Part shown: piece after piece, positions 32,405 to 42,553 of the stretch
Layout: each line of letters begins with the position of its first letter
Numbering within the stretch: position 1 is the stretch's first letter
Assembly (NCBI GenBank): GCA_963850905.1
Contig: CAWKMU010000003.1
Span: 2,528,001 to 2,592,000 of the forward strand
Origin: an uncultured Gemmatimonadales bacterium
Lineage (GTDB): Bacteria; Gemmatimonadota; Gemmatimonadetes; Gemmatimonadales; Gemmatimonadaceae
DNA: 64,000 nt
Reading direction: 5' to 3'
Made by a program: the position numbers and the translations under genes
Notes under the pieces: model-generated
Told to the model about the DNA's origin: nothing
Seen by the model: only the letters and a program-made list of their open reading frames with translations
The model's database searches: none

Positions 32405-34123
32405 GTGCTGACCGAGCTTCGCATCAAGAATTTCGCGATCATCGAATCCCTGTCGCTTCCGTTGGCGCCCGGTCTCAACGTGCTGTCCGGCGAGACCGGC
32501 GCCGGCAAGTCCATCATTGTCGGGGCGCTGGGCCTGTTGTTGGGCGAGCGGGCGACGTCGGACATCGTTCGGAGCGGTGCGGATCGCACAACGGTGGAAG
32601 GCGTCTTTGACGCAGAAGGTCGACCAGAGATTGCGGCCGGCCTGGACGCGCGCGGGATCGACTTCGAGGATGCGCAGGTGGTCTTGCGGCGCGAGGTCAC
32701 GGCAGCGGGCCGCACGAGGGCGTGGATCAACGGTACGACGGTCACCGCCTCCGTACTGGCCGCGATCGGGCGTCTTTTGGTCAACATCCACGGCCAGCAC
32801 GAGGCGCAGACCCTCCTCGAGCCGCCGGTTCAGCAGGGCATTCTTGACGCTTTCGGCGGCGCGACTGAGCTCTCGGACCGTGTCGCGACGGCGTTCGCTG
32901 CGCTCGCTGAGGTGCGGCGACTGAAGACGGAGCTCACCAACCGGCGTGCGGACGCCGAGCGGCGTGCGGACTACTTGCGCCATGTTGTGCGTGAGATCGA
33001 AGACGCCAAGCTCTCCGTCGGTGAGGATGTCCGCCTCGAGGACGAGGCTAGGCGGCTCGAGCACGCCGACGAGCTGCGCACGCTGGCCGAAAGCGTCGCC
33101 GAGGTTCTCGACGGCAGTGGTGATGAGGACGGCGTCTTGAGTCAGCTGGCGCTCGTGCACCGGTCGCTCCTCGGACTGGAGCGAATCGACGGCAGCGTTG
33201 GCCGCTTCCAGGAACTGTACGACGCCGCCTACTATGCGTTGGAGGAGTTGTCGCGAGACTCGGACGCCTACGCACAGGCGGTCGATCTGGATCCGCACCG
33301 GCTCGCCGAGGTCCAGCGGCGGCGTGATCTCATCTTCGGCCTCCTCAAGAAACACGGGCCGGCGCTCGAGGATGTGATCGAGACTGGTCGGCGCTCGCGG
33401 GCCGAGCTGGACCTCGTCGACTCAGCGGGGTTTGACATCCGGCAACTCGAGGCCCGCGAGCGGACCGCGCGCGAGCAGCTGGCCGAGGCGGCGGCGGCTT
33501 TGACCGCGGCACGCGAGGCCGCAGCCGCGCGTTTGAGTCACGCCGTCGACCAGATCATGCCGGAGCTCGGCCTGGTCGACAGTCATTTCAGTGTCGCCCT
33601 GGAGCGGCGAGCCGAACCGGGTCCGCAGGGTGCCGAAGATGTCGAGTTTCGCGTGGTGCTCAACGTCGGCCACGACGCACGTCCGCTCGCGCGCGTCGCG
33701 TCCGGCGGTGAGCTCTCACGCATCATGCTGGCGCTGACCACAATCCTCGCGCGACTCGATCGCGTGTCCACGCTCGTATTCGACGAAGTGGATGCGGGGA
33801 TCGGCGGCCGCGTGGGCGCGAAGGTCGGAGCGACGCTGCGAAAGGCCGCGACCCACCATCAGGTGTTTGCCATCTCGCACCTGCCACAGATCGCGTCGGC
33901 GGCGCACCACCACATTGTCGTGAGCAAGGGCGCTCGCGGCGGCGTCACGACGGCCGACGTGCAGGTGGTCGACGGCGAAGCCCGCGTTCGGGAAATCGCC
34001 CGCATGCTTGGCGGCGACCCTGAGCGTGAGGTCAGCCTCGCGCATGCGAGGGAGTTGTTGGGAGGGTCGAACGGGCGCGGCGCCCGCGTGCGGGAGAGGG
34101 AAGCCGCGGAGAGGAGAGAGTAG
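32405..34123 (+). CDS. recN: DNA repair protein RecN
   Basis: SGETGAGKS, IHGQH, ASGGELSR, FDEVDAGIGG. Confidence 0.96.
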   Translation: MLTELRIKNFAIIESLSLPLAPGLNVLSGETGAGKSIIVGALGLLLGERATSDIVRSGADRTTVEGVFDAEGRPEIAAGLDARGIDFEDAQVVLRREVTAAGRTRAWINGTTVTASVLAAIGRLLVNIHGQHEAQTLLEPPVQQGILDAFGGATELSDRVATAFAALAEVRRLKTELTNRRADAERRADYLRHVVREIEDAKLSVGEDVRLEDEARRLEHADELRTLAESVAEVLDGSGDEDGVLSQLALVHRSLLGLERIDGSVGRFQELYDAAYYALEELSRDSDAYAQAVDLDPHRLAEVQRRRDLIFGLLKKHGPALEDVIETGRRSRAELDLVDSAGFDIRQLEARERTAREQLAEAAAALTAAREAAAARLSHAVDQIMPELGLVDSHFSVALERRAEPGPQGAEDVEFRVVLNVGHDARPLARVASGGELSRIMLALTTILARLDRVSTLVFDEVDAGIGGRVGAKVGATLRKAATHHQVFAISHLPQIASAAHHHIVVSKGARGGVTTADVQVVDGEARVREIARMLGGDPEREVSLAHARELLGGSNGRGARVREREAAERRE

Positions 34124-34125
34124 CA

Positions 34126-34224
34126 GAACAGCAGGGGTCAGGGATCAGGGGTCAGGGAAAGACCACGGCACGTGCCGAATAGCACGCGGTGTTGTCGTTC
34201 CCTGGTCCCTGACCCCTGTAGTTC
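34126..34224. repeat. palindrome with GGGGTCA heptamer arms
   Basis: GAACAGCAGGGGTCAGGGATCAGGGGTCAGGG ... CCCTGGTCCCTGACCCCTGTAGTTC between convergent genes. Confidence 0.8.
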
Positions 34225-35974
34225 ACCGTTTGAACGCCCCTCCGTGGCCCAGCAGCCTGACGTACACTCGCATCAACACCTCGTCGCTCCCGATTCGCGG
34301 CAGCGAGCCGTACGCGCCGGCGGAGCCGGTGAGCGTCTGGAAGTGGAAGTACGTGATATCGAATGGCAAGCGCGAGGCGTGTCGGGTCGCGGCAGCCACG
34401 GTCGAGAAAGTGATGCCGAGTCCGACCAATTGCTGGGTCGATGCCGTACCGGCGCCGAGCAGATCGGCATTGAGAGCGACAGGACCGAAACCCGTGGCGG
34501 CAGAATCGAGCGTGAACGTGCCCGAGTACTTGTCTGCGCTCCTGTTCACGTACCGATATTGGGCCACGATGCCCACGTACGAGTTGATGGTCAATTGCGG
34601 GTTGAAGGTGAAGTCGAGGACACGGCCCAGCGAGCGCGTCACCGTTTGGCGTGTGAAGAGTGGAGCGAAAACGTCTCCCAACCCGAGGGGAATCCGCGCT
34701 GACACCTGATCGGTAAGCGGCTGCGTGCCGCCGAACACGAGTGAGGCCCAGAAGTGAGAGCCGAAGAGGAGATCCGTCTGGGCGTGCAGCCCGACGGCAT
34801 TTGCCCCCGTGCCGGTCCCGACTCCGACTAGCGCATCGGGTGAGTTGGGCGTGCCGGTCCCGAGTTGAAATGTTCCGGTGAGCGCGAGCCGGTAGTTGAA
34901 GCCATGCGGGTGGACACGCGCGCTGTCGCTCCCGTGGAAGGAATCCAGGAGCAGTGCGGTCGCACCGAGCTGAATGTCACCGATGCCGTACTGGTCGACG
35001 GACTGGAGCGAGTCGTACGCGAGTCCGATGGCATTGGTGGTCAGCAAAGCCTGCGCATCGCCGAGCCCGAGGGGCGGTGCGCCAACCGGTCCCTGGCTCG
35101 CGATGCCCGGGCCGCCAGTCAGGGAGTCGAAGTGCGCGTAGCGAGCCGCAAACGACTGCATCCGCTGATTGATGGCGGCCAGTGCGGCGCTGCTGCCGAT
35201 CGGCACGACGGGGGCCGGCGCTCGGCCGTCACCGCCATACACCTGTGAGAGCGACGACGCGAAGGAATTGCTCTGCGCAACCAGCGCGGACGCGGTCGAC
35301 CGTTGGGCATTGAGCGAGGGGCAGTAGGAGGCGCTCGCGGGGTTGGCTGCGCACGCCGCGAGGGCGCTCTGGAGATTCGCGGCCGCGTGCGCAAACTGCC
35401 CGTACAGCATGGTATCGATGGCGCGCGACGCCGCGATATACAGCGCCGGATTGAAACCCACGTTCCCGGTGCTGCCCCCCGGATTGGGATTGAATAGGAT
35501 CTCGTTGTGGGTGTGCACGATCGGCACGAGGGCATGGAGCGTCAGCCGGTGCGTGATGCCGATGTCGAGACCGATCGGGGCCGTCTGGACCAGAACGCTG
35601 GACGTGGTCTGGACGCTGCCGAGTGAGACGCCGAGAGTCGGGTCCAGAGTCAGCGCGCGAAGGGAGCTCTGGAGTGGCGCAAGGATCGGCAACTCAGCCG
35701 GCCCAAGAGAGTCCAGCGACAGGTCGCTGCCCAGCGGTTGCAGGCCGCCGGTGCCGTAGCGGGAGTTGTAGCGCGTATCGATGAACGCGCCGGAGAGGCG
35801 CACCACGCCGCCTGGCAGGGTCAGCGCGTCGTCATCGATCGCTGACACCGCTTGTGCCCCCGCCACGCGAGTGCTGCCGGCCACGAGACCGGCGAGCAGG
35901 ATGACTGCGGGGATCGGGCACGCGTGTCGCGTCGCACTGCAGTAGAAGCGCGTCCTTCGAATCGAGAGGGCCAA
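34223..35974 (-). CDS. secreted / probable outer-membrane hypothetical protein
   Basis: 583 aa ORF with signal-like segment and amphipathic beta strands; start uncertain. Confidence 0.7.
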   Translation of the reverse strand: MALSIRRTRFYCSATRHACPIPAVILLAGLVAGSTRVAGAQAVSAIDDDALTLPGGVVRLSGAFIDTRYNSRYGTGGLQPLGSDLSLDSLGPAELPILAPLQSSLRALTLDPTLGVSLGSVQTTSSVLVQTAPIGLDIGITHRLTLHALVPIVHTHNEILFNPNPGGSTGNVGFNPALYIAASRAIDTMLYGQFAHAAANLQSALAACAANPASASYCPSLNAQRSTASALVAQSNSFASSLSQVYGGDGRAPAPVVPIGSSAALAAINQRMQSFAARYAHFDSLTGGPGIASQGPVGAPPLGLGDAQALLTTNAIGLAYDSLQSVDQYGIGDIQLGATALLLDSFHGSDSARVHPHGFNYRLALTGTFQLGTGTPNSPDALVGVGTGTGANAVGLHAQTDLLFGSHFWASLVFGGTQPLTDQVSARIPLGLGDVFAPLFTRQTVTRSLGRVLDFTFNPQLTINSYVGIVAQYRYVNRSADKYSGTFTLDSAATGFGPVALNADLLGAGTASTQQLVGLGITFSTVAAATRHASRLPFDITYFHFQTLTGSAGAYGSLPRIGSDEVLMRVYVRLLGHGGAFKR

Positions 35975-36016
35975 CGGCTAACCAGGGTGTAAACAACCGA
36001 CTCGGCGGCCCTGAGA

Positions 36017-37954
36017 ATGGCACGTCGAGGCACGGTGGTGCAATGGATAAACGGCACAGCTCAGGCGATCTTCCGCGACAATGCTAACACAACACCCCCT
36101 GTCGCGCCGCCGCCTGGGCCCGGTTCCGTGAGCGAGTACCCCGGACCGGTCGTGCCGGTCCCTCCGGTCTCGTGGCAGCTCACCGGCAACCACTGGTTCG
36201 CTGTCCCATGCATTCACCCCGCCGACGGTTCCATCCACGCGGTCGGGGTTGTCCACCGGGGGTCGCGCTCTGCGGTCGAGTTTGCGGGCGGCCCGAATTT
36301 CACCGACGGTCATGGGCCAGCCCTGTTGCGGCCGCGAATCGTGATCGACGGCGCCGAGCATGCATTGGCGACCGAGGGCATCGCCTGGGAGCACGTCCAT
36401 GGCTGGCTGCCGACCTTCACCGCGGCGATGAGCAAAGGGCAGTTTGTCGCCCGCGGTACTATCTTCGCCCCCGTCGGTCGGGATGCGGATGTCCCCGGCG
36501 CCATCTACGTGATCACTCTCGAGAATCGCAACGGCGAGAATGCCGAGGTGTCGATCACGTTGGAGGGAACGCTCGCTCATCGACAGGCACGTGTTCGGAC
36601 CGCGCGCACGTTCGGCGATGCACACCGCGCGATCCGGTGTGCCGGCGACGCGGTGCTGTTGGATGGCGCCGGGCTTCCCGGGACCGCCGCGCTAGCGATC
36701 GCCGCCGATGACGGCGTGGCGGTCACGATCGACAGCGCCGAGGGCGTGCCCCGCTTCACGCTGCGCAGCGCCGCGGTCGTGCAGCCCGGCACCACGATGC
36801 AGGTCGCGTTCTATGTGGCCGCGGCGCCCGAGCGCGATGGCGCGGCAGCGACGGTGCTCGCGATGAAGCGGCGGGGCTGGCGGTCACTCCTCACGGCCAC
36901 GGGTGAAGCCCTCCGCACGCTGGAGCAGAGCACGGGGAGCCCGGCGCTGGATCGCATGGTCAACCGCAACCTGCTCTTCGCGTACTTCTACGCGACGGCG
37001 CGGGCGATCGATGACGCCCGCTTCTATTTGATGCGGTCACGCGCGCCGTGGAATGGCCGTGGTGTCACGGTTCGCGACTGGGACGCGCTCACATGGACCG
37101 TGCCAGCGGTGCAACTCGCGGACGCAGGCCTGGCGCGAGAGTTGATCATCCGGGCGTGTGAGATCCACGGGGTCGCACCCGGTCGGGGCGTGCACTACAT
37201 CGACGGCGCGCTCTTCGAGCCCGGCTTCTCGATCGAGGGCGTCGCGTCCTTTGCGTGGGCGACTGAGCGCTATATCCGGGAAACCGGAGATGATCAGATC
37301 GTCGAGGAGCCGGCGCTCGCGGACACGTTGTACGCGAGCTCCGATGATCTGTCGGCGCGCCGCCACCGCGACGTACCGCTGTACGAGAGTGAGGTGTACC
37401 CCTCGGGCGCACCGGTGCCCTTGCCGTATACCATCCATGCGAACGCCGTCGCCGCGCTCGCGCTGGATGTGTTCCGACGGACCCTCGACGCGGAGACGGC
37501 CAAGGACGTCGAGGATCCAAGCGCGGTTCGAGCAGCGTTGCTACGGCACTTCACGGTCGATCGCGAAGGGAAGCCGCAACTCATGTCCGTGACCGATCTG
37601 CACGGTGAGTCCGGTCGGCGGGACGATGCAGTGGGGTCGGTGCTGTGGCTGCCGCTCTATGAGGCGGTCGATCGGCAGGACTCGGTGTATCGACGCACGG
37701 TCAAGGGTCTCGCTGGGAACGGCGAGGCGGAAGGCGAGCCCATCGCGCTCGCGCGTCAGTGCGCACGGCTCGTCGGGCCAGATGCGGGATCCGCGCTGGC
37801 GTGGTTGCGGCAGGCGCCTCTCGACAACGGCCTTGCAGCCGAGCTCCTGGATGTGGACGGTCGCGCGGTCGCCAACGGCGCCGACGCATCGCTCTCCGGA
37901 TTACTCGCTTACGCGATCTGGTACGCGGTCCACGCGCTGGGAGTGACGCCGTGA
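36017..37954 (+). CDS. six-hairpin glycosidase-like (GH125-like) protein; start may be 36127
   Basis: RDWDAL.W..PA...D...ARE, HYIDG..FEPGF, Y..ETGD resemble (alpha/alpha)6 glycosidases; next to galK. Confidence 0.55.
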   Translation: MARRGTVVQWINGTAQAIFRDNANTTPPVAPPPGPGSVSEYPGPVVPVPPVSWQLTGNHWFAVPCIHPADGSIHAVGVVHRGSRSAVEFAGGPNFTDGHGPALLRPRIVIDGAEHALATEGIAWEHVHGWLPTFTAAMSKGQFVARGTIFAPVGRDADVPGAIYVITLENRNGENAEVSITLEGTLAHRQARVRTARTFGDAHRAIRCAGDAVLLDGAGLPGTAALAIAADDGVAVTIDSAEGVPRFTLRSAAVVQPGTTMQVAFYVAAAPERDGAAATVLAMKRRGWRSLLTATGEALRTLEQSTGSPALDRMVNRNLLFAYFYATARAIDDARFYLMRSRAPWNGRGVTVRDWDALTWTVPAVQLADAGLARELIIRACEIHGVAPGRGVHYIDGALFEPGFSIEGVASFAWATERYIRETGDDQIVEEPALADTLYASSDDLSARRHRDVPLYESEVYPSGAPVPLPYTIHANAVAALALDVFRRTLDAETAKDVEDPSAVRAALLRHFTVDREGKPQLMSVTDLHGESGRRDDAVGSVLWLPLYEAVDRQDSVYRRTVKGLAGNGEAEGEPIALARQCARLVGPDAGSALAWLRQAPLDNGLAAELLDVDGRAVANGADASLSGLLAYAIWYAVHALGVTP

Positions 37955-37966
37955 GGGTGGGGCGGG

Positions 37967-38092
37967 AACTGCGGGTTAGGGGTTTCGGGTTTGGGGTAAC
38001 TGCTACGAACCGCCGACGCTGAGGATCGTCGGGATGCCTCGCTTGCAGCGGTTTTCCCCAGACCCCAAACCCCAGACCCCAGACCCCGAGTT
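37967..38092. repeat. palindrome with GGGGT(C/T)T heptamer arms
   Basis: GGGTTAGGGGTTTCGGGTTTGGGG ... CCCCAGACCCCAAACCCCAGACCCCAGACCCC. Confidence 0.8.
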
Positions 38093-38098
38093 GCCGTC

Positions 38099-39238
38099 AT
38101 GACCCTCGCGACGGACTCTCAGGTCTACGCCCTCTTCGACCATCATTTCGGTGGCGAACCGACGGTGGTCGCGTCGGCCGGAGGCCGCGTCAATCTGATC
38201 GGCGAGCACATGGACTACAATGGGGGCGAGGCGTTGCCGATTGCGATCCAGCAACGCACGTATGTCGCGGCGCGCCCGTGCGCCGGCACACGCTCGCAGG
38301 TCGTCTCTGCAGGACACACGGACCGCGGCTCGTTCGACGCCGTATCGCCGGAGCGCTCCGGCGCCTGGTGGGACTACGTCGCCGGCGTGGCGCTCGAGCT
38401 GCGGCTGGCGGGCCGAGCCGCGGTAGCGGCTGATATCGCGATCTGGAGCGAGATCCCCACTGGTGCGGGCCTCTCTTCATCCGCGGCGCTCGAGGTCGCG
38501 TCGGGGTGGGCGCTCCTGGGGCTGGGCTCGGAAGAGATGTCGGACGAGGCGGTCGCGCTGACGGCGTGGCGGGCCGAGGTGGAGTTCGTGGGCATGCCGT
38601 GCGGCATCATGGATCAGTTTGCGATCGCGCTCGCGCGTGAAGGAGAGGCATTGCACCTCGAGTGCGACCGCGCTCGGTGGTCGCATGTCCCCATGACCGA
38701 TCCGGTGCTCATCTTCGACACCGGCGTCGCACGCGCCTTGCGCGGCTCGGCCTATGCGCAGCGCCGGGCCGAGTGCGCGGAGGCGTTCGCGCTCCTGAAG
38801 CGCCCGTATCCGGAGCTGCCACGACTCGCGGCCGCGACGACCCAGATGCTGGATGCCGTCACGCTCCCGGCTCCGATCGATCGGCGCGCGCGCCACGTCG
38901 TGACCGAGAACGAACGTGTCCGCGCGGTCGTTGCAGCGCTACGGGATGGGATGCCGATCAGCGGTGCACTGTTGTCCGCGTCGCATCGGTCGCTGCGCGA
39001 CGATTTCGAATGCTCGACGCCCGAGCTGGACTGGTTCGTCGAGCGCGCGATGCGCTGCCCTGGCGTGCGGGGTGCACGGCTCACGGGTGCGGGATGGGGC
39101 GGCTGCGGGATCGCGGTTGGTGATGAGGACGCGTTACGGGCTGCGGTGCCGCTCCTCTTGACGGAGTACAGCCGCCGGTTCGAGCACGGCGCGCGTGCGT
39201 GGGTGACGCACGCCGCTGGCGGACCGTCGGTGGTGTAG
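38099..39238 (+). CDS. galK: galactokinase
   Basis: GRVNLIGEHMDY, GAGLSSSAA, CGIMDQ, GARLTGAGWGG. Confidence 0.95.
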   Translation: MTLATDSQVYALFDHHFGGEPTVVASAGGRVNLIGEHMDYNGGEALPIAIQQRTYVAARPCAGTRSQVVSAGHTDRGSFDAVSPERSGAWWDYVAGVALELRLAGRAAVAADIAIWSEIPTGAGLSSSAALEVASGWALLGLGSEEMSDEAVALTAWRAEVEFVGMPCGIMDQFAIALAREGEALHLECDRARWSHVPMTDPVLIFDTGVARALRGSAYAQRRAECAEAFALLKRPYPELPRLAAATTQMLDAVTLPAPIDRRARHVVTENERVRAVVAALRDGMPISGALLSASHRSLRDDFECSTPELDWFVERAMRCPGVRGARLTGAGWGGCGIAVGDEDALRAAVPLLLTEYSRRFEHGARAWVTHAAGGPSVV

Positions 39239-39256
39239 CGGGCGGCCGCTTCGCGG

Positions 39257-39340
39257 CCGAGAAAGTAGACCTGCAGAGAGTAGAAAGTAGATTAAGCGGT
39301 CCTTGTCCACTTTCTACTTTCTGTGCTTCTGCTTTCTCGG
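39257..39340. repeat. palindrome with AGAAAGT heptamer arms
   Basis: CCGAGAAAGTAGA..AGAGAGTAGAAAGTAGA ... CACTTTCTACTTTCT..GCTTTCTCGG. Confidence 0.65.
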
Positions 39341-39366
39341 GCGCTTTGGCGCCCGGGCGGCTCGGC

Positions 39367-39395
39367 TTGATGGGGTCCGGTGGGCCGGGTATACT
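39367..39395 (+). promoter_or_regulatory. sigma70 promoter of tRNA-Gly
   Basis: TTGATG-17 bp-TATACT. Confidence 0.7.
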
Positions 39396-39415
39396 AGAGT
39401 CGCACGGTACGTTGT

Positions 39416-39488
39416 GCGGGAATAGCTCAGTTGGTAGAGCACAACCTTGCCAAGGTTGGGGTCGCGGGTTCGAGTCCCGTTTCCCGCT
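39416..39488 (+). tRNA. tRNA-Gly (GCC)
   Basis: 73-nt cloverleaf GCGGGAA...TTCCCGCT; anticodon arm CAACC-TTGCCAA-GGTTG; T-loop GTTCGAG. Confidence 0.98.
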
Positions 39489-39494
39489 TTGAGA

Positions 39495-39527
39495 TAAGCC
39501 GCTGACTCGTTGGGAGTTGGCGGCTTT
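39495..39527 (+). terminator. intrinsic terminator-like hairpin after tRNA
   Basis: AAGCCGCTGACTC-GTTGG-GAGTTGGCGGCTTT. Confidence 0.7.
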
Positions 39528-39637
39528 CGTCTTCGTGCCAAGCACTTGCTACACGCGGGTCTGGCACTACGCTTGGCACTAAGCACAAGCGGCGGTCCTC
39601 AGATTGTGGTGAACGGAGAGCGACCTCATGGCGAAGT

Positions 39638-40291
39638 TTGACGTCAACGTTCGAGCTGCCGGAGGAAGGTGAATATCAGGCGGTGTGCACCGACGTCGTC
39701 GACCTGGGCGAGTTCCATAACGAGAAGTGGAACAAGATCGACCACCGCATCGCGTTTCTTTTCCAGCTCGACTGTCTCGACTCGCACGGCCACCGCTTCG
39801 AGATCGCGAAGCGGTGCAACCTGGCAATGGGCGAGAAGGCCGTGCTCCGCACCTTTCTCGAGCAGTGGCGTGCCAAGCGCTACACCGGCCAGGAACTCGA
39901 GCGGCGGCTTGAGTTGGACGCGTTCGTCGGCATGAACGCGATGATCGTGGTCGAGCACGCCGTCGTGAACGAGAAGACCTACGCCAACATCCTGAGTATC
40001 CGACCGCTGCCGAAGGGCGGCGTCCCGATCGCGCCACTCAACTACACCCGCCGCGACTACTGGAATACGACGGCTCGCGCGTCAAACGGATCGACCGGTA
40101 GCACATCACGGCCAGCGGCATTCGCCGGGAGCGGCACCACCACCAAGCCAGCACCGAAGCTGGTCCGATCGGCAGTCACGCCGCCGCGTGGCGCGGCGCT
40201 GCCACGCGAGAACAACTTCAGCGACTTCGACGTGCCAGTCGATGAGCAGGGTGGCCATCCGTCCGACACCGAGCAGCGGGGGGCCGCATAA
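39638..40291 (+). CDS. phage replication/ssDNA-binding-like protein; true start may be ATG 39628 with a 1-nt error
   Basis: PEEGEYQAVCTDVVDLG...KAVLRTFLEQW...YANI.SI, basic linker and acidic tail, typical of phage SSB/OB-like proteins. Confidence 0.6.
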   Translation: MTSTFELPEEGEYQAVCTDVVDLGEFHNEKWNKIDHRIAFLFQLDCLDSHGHRFEIAKRCNLAMGEKAVLRTFLEQWRAKRYTGQELERRLELDAFVGMNAMIVVEHAVVNEKTYANILSIRPLPKGGVPIAPLNYTRRDYWNTTARASNGSTGSTSRPAAFAGSGTTTKPAPKLVRSAVTPPRGAALPRENNFSDFDVPVDEQGGHPSDTEQRGAA

Positions 40292-40357
40292 CCGTCAACG
40301 GCACTGCCCCGGGAGCACGGGGGCCCGGGGCAGTGGACGACGGCAGGCGGTACGACG

Positions 40358-42553
40358 ATGATGATGCTCTCGTTGCTCGACGCTGCGCTGACCTACGCGC
40401 GCCGGGGCTGGGCCGTCTTTCCCTGCCATGACACGCGGGCCCGGAAGTGCAGCTGCGGCCATCCAGACTGTGACTCACCCGGCAAGCACCCGCGCACGGC
40501 GCATGGCGGCAAGGATGCCACGACGGACGCGGATGTCATTCGCGGCTGGTGGACTAAGTGGCGCGATGCGAACATCGGCATCGCCACGGGGGCTGTGAGC
40601 CGTCTGGTGGTGGTGGATGTCGATGGCTCAGATGCGGAGTGTGCCATCGCGCCATACCTCGCGGCCGTGACGGGTCCGTTGTTCGTGGTGCGCACCGGTC
40701 GGGGGCGACACCTCTATTTCGCTGAGCCAGCGACGCCGCTCGGCAACCGCGCCAACGTCCTGCCGCATGTCGATGTCCGTGGAACTGGTGGGTATGTCAT
40801 TGGCGCCCCGAGAGTGCATGTCACGGGCCCAGTGTACGAGACTGACGACCTACTGGCGCCACTGCCGATCATCCCGGACCCCTTGTTCGCATTGCTCGCC
40901 CCATCATCGGCGTCACCAGCGCTGGCCAATGGCGAGGGTTCGCTCTGGACTCCCGCACTACACGGACCTGACGAAATCGACCGGCGGGTCCGGGGCTACA
41001 TGGCGACGCTGCCAACGGGGATGCATGACGGGGACGGCCGCGACAATGTCGCGTACCAGCTGGCGACCTTCGTGGGTCGCGATCTGGGGCAGCCGTTCGA
41101 TGTTGCGCTCGAGTTCCTCAAGGAATGGGACCGAGGGAACGCGGAGCCACTCGGGGATGCGCTGCTCGAGGTCAAGCTCACCTCGGCGCTCAATAGCAAA
41201 TCACCGACGGCGCGCGCGATCGGTTCAGGACTCGACCGACCGATGGTGCCACGGCCGATTGTCAGCGACACGCCGACGGCAGCGGACGATGATGGTCGTG
41301 GTGATGAGGATGTGGGACTCGTGCCCTGGCCAGCGGATTTGGCGGATGTCGCTTATCGCGGAATCGCCGGTGAGTTCGTGCGCGTGGTCGGGGACGCGAC
41401 CGAAGCCGACGCCAGTGCCGTCCTGGTGCAGTTCCTGGTCGCCGCTGGCAATCTGATGGGGCGACACCACTACGTCACGTTGGACGTGGCCGAGCACTAC
41501 TCCAACCTGAACGTCGTCCTGGTGGGCTCGACCTCGCTGGGTCGGAAGGGGACGGCCTGGTCGGTCGTGCGCGCACTGCTCAAGGCCGTCGAGCCCGAGT
41601 TCGATCGCCGCGTGGTCTCTGGGTTCCAGAGCGGGGAAGGGCTCATTCATCAGGTGCGTGACGCCGAATGGGGCGTCGACAAGAACGGGATGCCGACCTT
41701 GATCGATGAGGGCGTCGAGGACAAGCGGTGTCTGATCGTCGAGAGTGAGTTCGGCCGGATGCTGCGCACGATGGCGAAGGACGGTTCGACACTGTCGCCA
41801 GTCTTTCGGCTGGCGTTCGACACTGGCACGCTTAACATCCCCGCCAAGACGACGCGGAACAAAGCGACGGGTGCGCACCTCTCGATGGTCGGGCACGTCA
41901 CCAAAGCCGAACTCCGCCGTCGGCTGGAGGCGGACGAGATCGAGAACGGGTTCGCGAATCGGATGCTGTGGTGGGCCTCGCGCCGATCGAAAGTGCTGCC
42001 ACGGGGTGGGGCGATCGACGTCGATCGGTTCAAGACTGTTGTGGCTGACCTGGGGATCGCCCTGCGACTCGCAACCGCTCAAGAGGAGATGGCGTTCAGT
42101 GTCACCGGTGCGGCGTGCTTCGATGCCATGTATCGGGAGGATTTCGGGATCGAGGTGTCCGGACGACTCAATGATCTCACGGCGCGTGGGTCGGCCATCA
42201 TCGCGCGGCTGGCGCTGATCTATGCGTTGTTGGATCTGGCCCAATCAATCGGGCCTGAGCATGTCGAGGCTGCGCGGGCGGTGTGGGACCGGAGCGTGGC
42301 GACCGTGGCGTACATCCTGGGCGCCAGCCTCACAGACCCGCTGGTCGGTCGACTGATTGAGGTATTTCGCACCCGGGGAGAAGGCCGGGTTTTTCGCACA
42401 GCCGAACTCTATAACGCGTTGGGCCACAGCGTGACCCGGAACAAGCTGCACGACGCGCTCGAGCTGCTCGAGGACCGGGAAATGATTCGGCACGACACGG
42501 TCCACGGCCGTGGTCGGCCGGTCCACCAGTTCTGGTGGGTCGGCCGTGCTTAA
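40358..42553 (+). CDS. bifunctional DNA primase/polymerase fused to DUF3987-like helicase
   Basis: AALTYARRGWAVFP, PGKHP, NIGIATG..VVVDVD, TGRGRHLYF, DVRGTGGYV; C-terminal Walker-like VGSTSLGRKGT, SGEGLI, NGFANR. Confidence 0.88.
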   Translation: MMMLSLLDAALTYARRGWAVFPCHDTRARKCSCGHPDCDSPGKHPRTAHGGKDATTDADVIRGWWTKWRDANIGIATGAVSRLVVVDVDGSDAECAIAPYLAAVTGPLFVVRTGRGRHLYFAEPATPLGNRANVLPHVDVRGTGGYVIGAPRVHVTGPVYETDDLLAPLPIIPDPLFALLAPSSASPALANGEGSLWTPALHGPDEIDRRVRGYMATLPTGMHDGDGRDNVAYQLATFVGRDLGQPFDVALEFLKEWDRGNAEPLGDALLEVKLTSALNSKSPTARAIGSGLDRPMVPRPIVSDTPTAADDDGRGDEDVGLVPWPADLADVAYRGIAGEFVRVVGDATEADASAVLVQFLVAAGNLMGRHHYVTLDVAEHYSNLNVVLVGSTSLGRKGTAWSVVRALLKAVEPEFDRRVVSGFQSGEGLIHQVRDAEWGVDKNGMPTLIDEGVEDKRCLIVESEFGRMLRTMAKDGSTLSPVFRLAFDTGTLNIPAKTTRNKATGAHLSMVGHVTKAELRRRLEADEIENGFANRMLWWASRRSKVLPRGGAIDVDRFKTVVADLGIALRLATAQEEMAFSVTGAACFDAMYREDFGIEVSGRLNDLTARGSAIIARLALIYALLDLAQSIGPEHVEAARAVWDRSVATVAYILGASLTDPLVGRLIEVFRTRGEGRVFRTAELYNALGHSVTRNKLHDALELLEDREMIRHDTVHGRGRPVHQFWWVGRA

